A model generated the notes under the pieces. The model was not told where the DNA came from. It ran no database searches and worked only from the letters and a program-made list of their open reading frames with translations. Shown one piece after another: positions 25,434-26,148 of a DNA stretch of 26,148 nucleotides. The stretch is taken from positions 1 to 26,148 of the forward strand of contig JBMFIG010000019.1 of NCBI GenBank assembly GCA_049976425.1, read 5' to 3'. The position numbers and the translations under genes are program-made. This DNA is from Thermoproteus sp. (GTDB lineage: Archaea > Thermoproteota > Thermoprotei > Thermoproteales > Thermoproteaceae). The stretch's first letter is position 1. Each line of letters starts with the position of its first letter.

Positions 25434-26148
25434 GTGGATTTCCTACAGGACCTCCTGGAGGGGATGACTCTCATATACGGACCGCCCGGGAGCGGGAAGA
25501 CCTCACTCGCCGTCAAAGTGGCATCCCGAGCCAAGGGTAAGGTCCTCTGGATATCCACCAGCGAGACCGAGGAGTACTTCTCGGCCCTCCTTAAGAGGCT
25601 CAACGCTCCCGAGAAGAAGTTCGACTTCAAGCACTTCCCCAGGACATTCCGGGAGAACATAGCCAAGTACGCCATGGACCACGTAGGCGAGTACGGCATG
25701 CTGGTCGTCGACCCCGTCAACAGCCTGATCCCCTCCGACTCCGACTCGGCCAGCTTCGTCCACTCCACCTTCTACCAGGTTTCGCGCCACATGCCGGTGA
25801 TAGTGATCTCGGAGATGCGCCACAAGCGCCTCCAGTACGTGGCCGACCACGTGGTCAAGGTATGGTATAGGATAAACTCCATAGGCCACGTAATCAGATA
25901 CGCGCAGTTGGTGAAATCGAGGAAGAGGCCGCCGAGCCCTCGATATATCTTCGACATAGTCGAGGGCGTAGGCCTACCCTGGGCCGTGCCGGTAGAGAAG
26001 CCGGAGAAAATCTACGTGGATCAGCTAGCTCTGGAAGATAAAGAGCGGGTCGTTGCATTTAGAGGGGCCGTTATAGGAATCTACTCCTCTAGCGAGTCGG
26101 CGTTGGCGCAGAGAGTCCAGCGGTTTCTCGACCACGAGAACTCATACC
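25434..26148 (+). CDS. KaiC/RAD55 (RecA-superfamily) ATPase, 3' end outside the window; absent from the ORF track
   Basis: Manual translation from GTG 25434: MDFLQDLLEGMTLIYGPPGSGKTSLA (Walker A)...VLWISTSE...MLVVDPVN (Walker B)...YVADHVV...LVKSR. Open to the window end. Confidence 0.85.
   Translation, partial: MDFLQDLLEGMTLIYGPPGSGKTSLAVKVASRAKGKVLWISTSETEEYFSALLKRLNAPEKKFDFKHFPRTFRENIAKYAMDHVGEYGMLVVDPVNSLIPSDSDSASFVHSTFYQVSRHMPVIVISEMRHKRLQYVADHVVKVWYRINSIGHVIRYAQLVKSRKRPPSPRYIFDIVEGVGLPWAVPVEKPEKIYVDQLALEDKERVVAFRGAVIGIYSSSESALAQRVQRFLDHENSY

Noticed and set aside
23531-25768. 745-aa ORF in the track
   Set aside because: Only the part from ATG 24754 is the glycosyltransferase. The upstream 338 codons are an off-frame read of the membrane-protein gene and antisense to the ATPase.
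1-26148. CRISPR array, tRNA or rRNA genes
   Set aside because: No regularly spaced repeats or recognisable tRNA/rRNA signatures seen by eye; intron-containing tRNAs and small RNAs could be missed.

Overview
GC-rich archaeal chromosomal window. Gene content (GAT-QueC, ferritin-fused encapsulin, N-terminally extended PdxS) and TATA boxes about 25 bp before start codons suggest Thermoproteaceae, Thermoproteus-like (inference). Housekeeping and cofactor genes: acnA, an HtrA-type protease, an XdhC-family protein, pdxST, a thiC split by a single frameshift, moeA, GAT-QueC, RNase HI and thrB. These are interspersed with three toxin-antitoxin-like pairs: MNT-HEPN, VapBC, and an AbiEii/DUF6036-like nucleotidyltransferase with a small partner. 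An AAA_21-type ATPase plus TOPRIM-nuclease cassette lies between two IS200/IS605-type right-end motifs, next to a decayed tnpB. Further genes encode a ferritin-encapsulin fusion, a membrane protein plus GT4 glycosyltransferase pair, and a KaiC/RAD55-like ATPase running off the end. The best candidate for an undescribed system is a translationally coupled five-gene operon (19417-15519, minus strand). It encodes a helical protein ending in a MinD-type membrane-targeting helix (GFLKRLFGG), an SPFH protein with a Gly-rich linker and double zinc ribbon, a small membrane protein, and two YdjG-like zinc-ribbon membrane proteins. It resembles a pspA-ydjGHI envelope-stress module with PspA replaced. 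All family calls come from motif recognition by eye; no searches were run.
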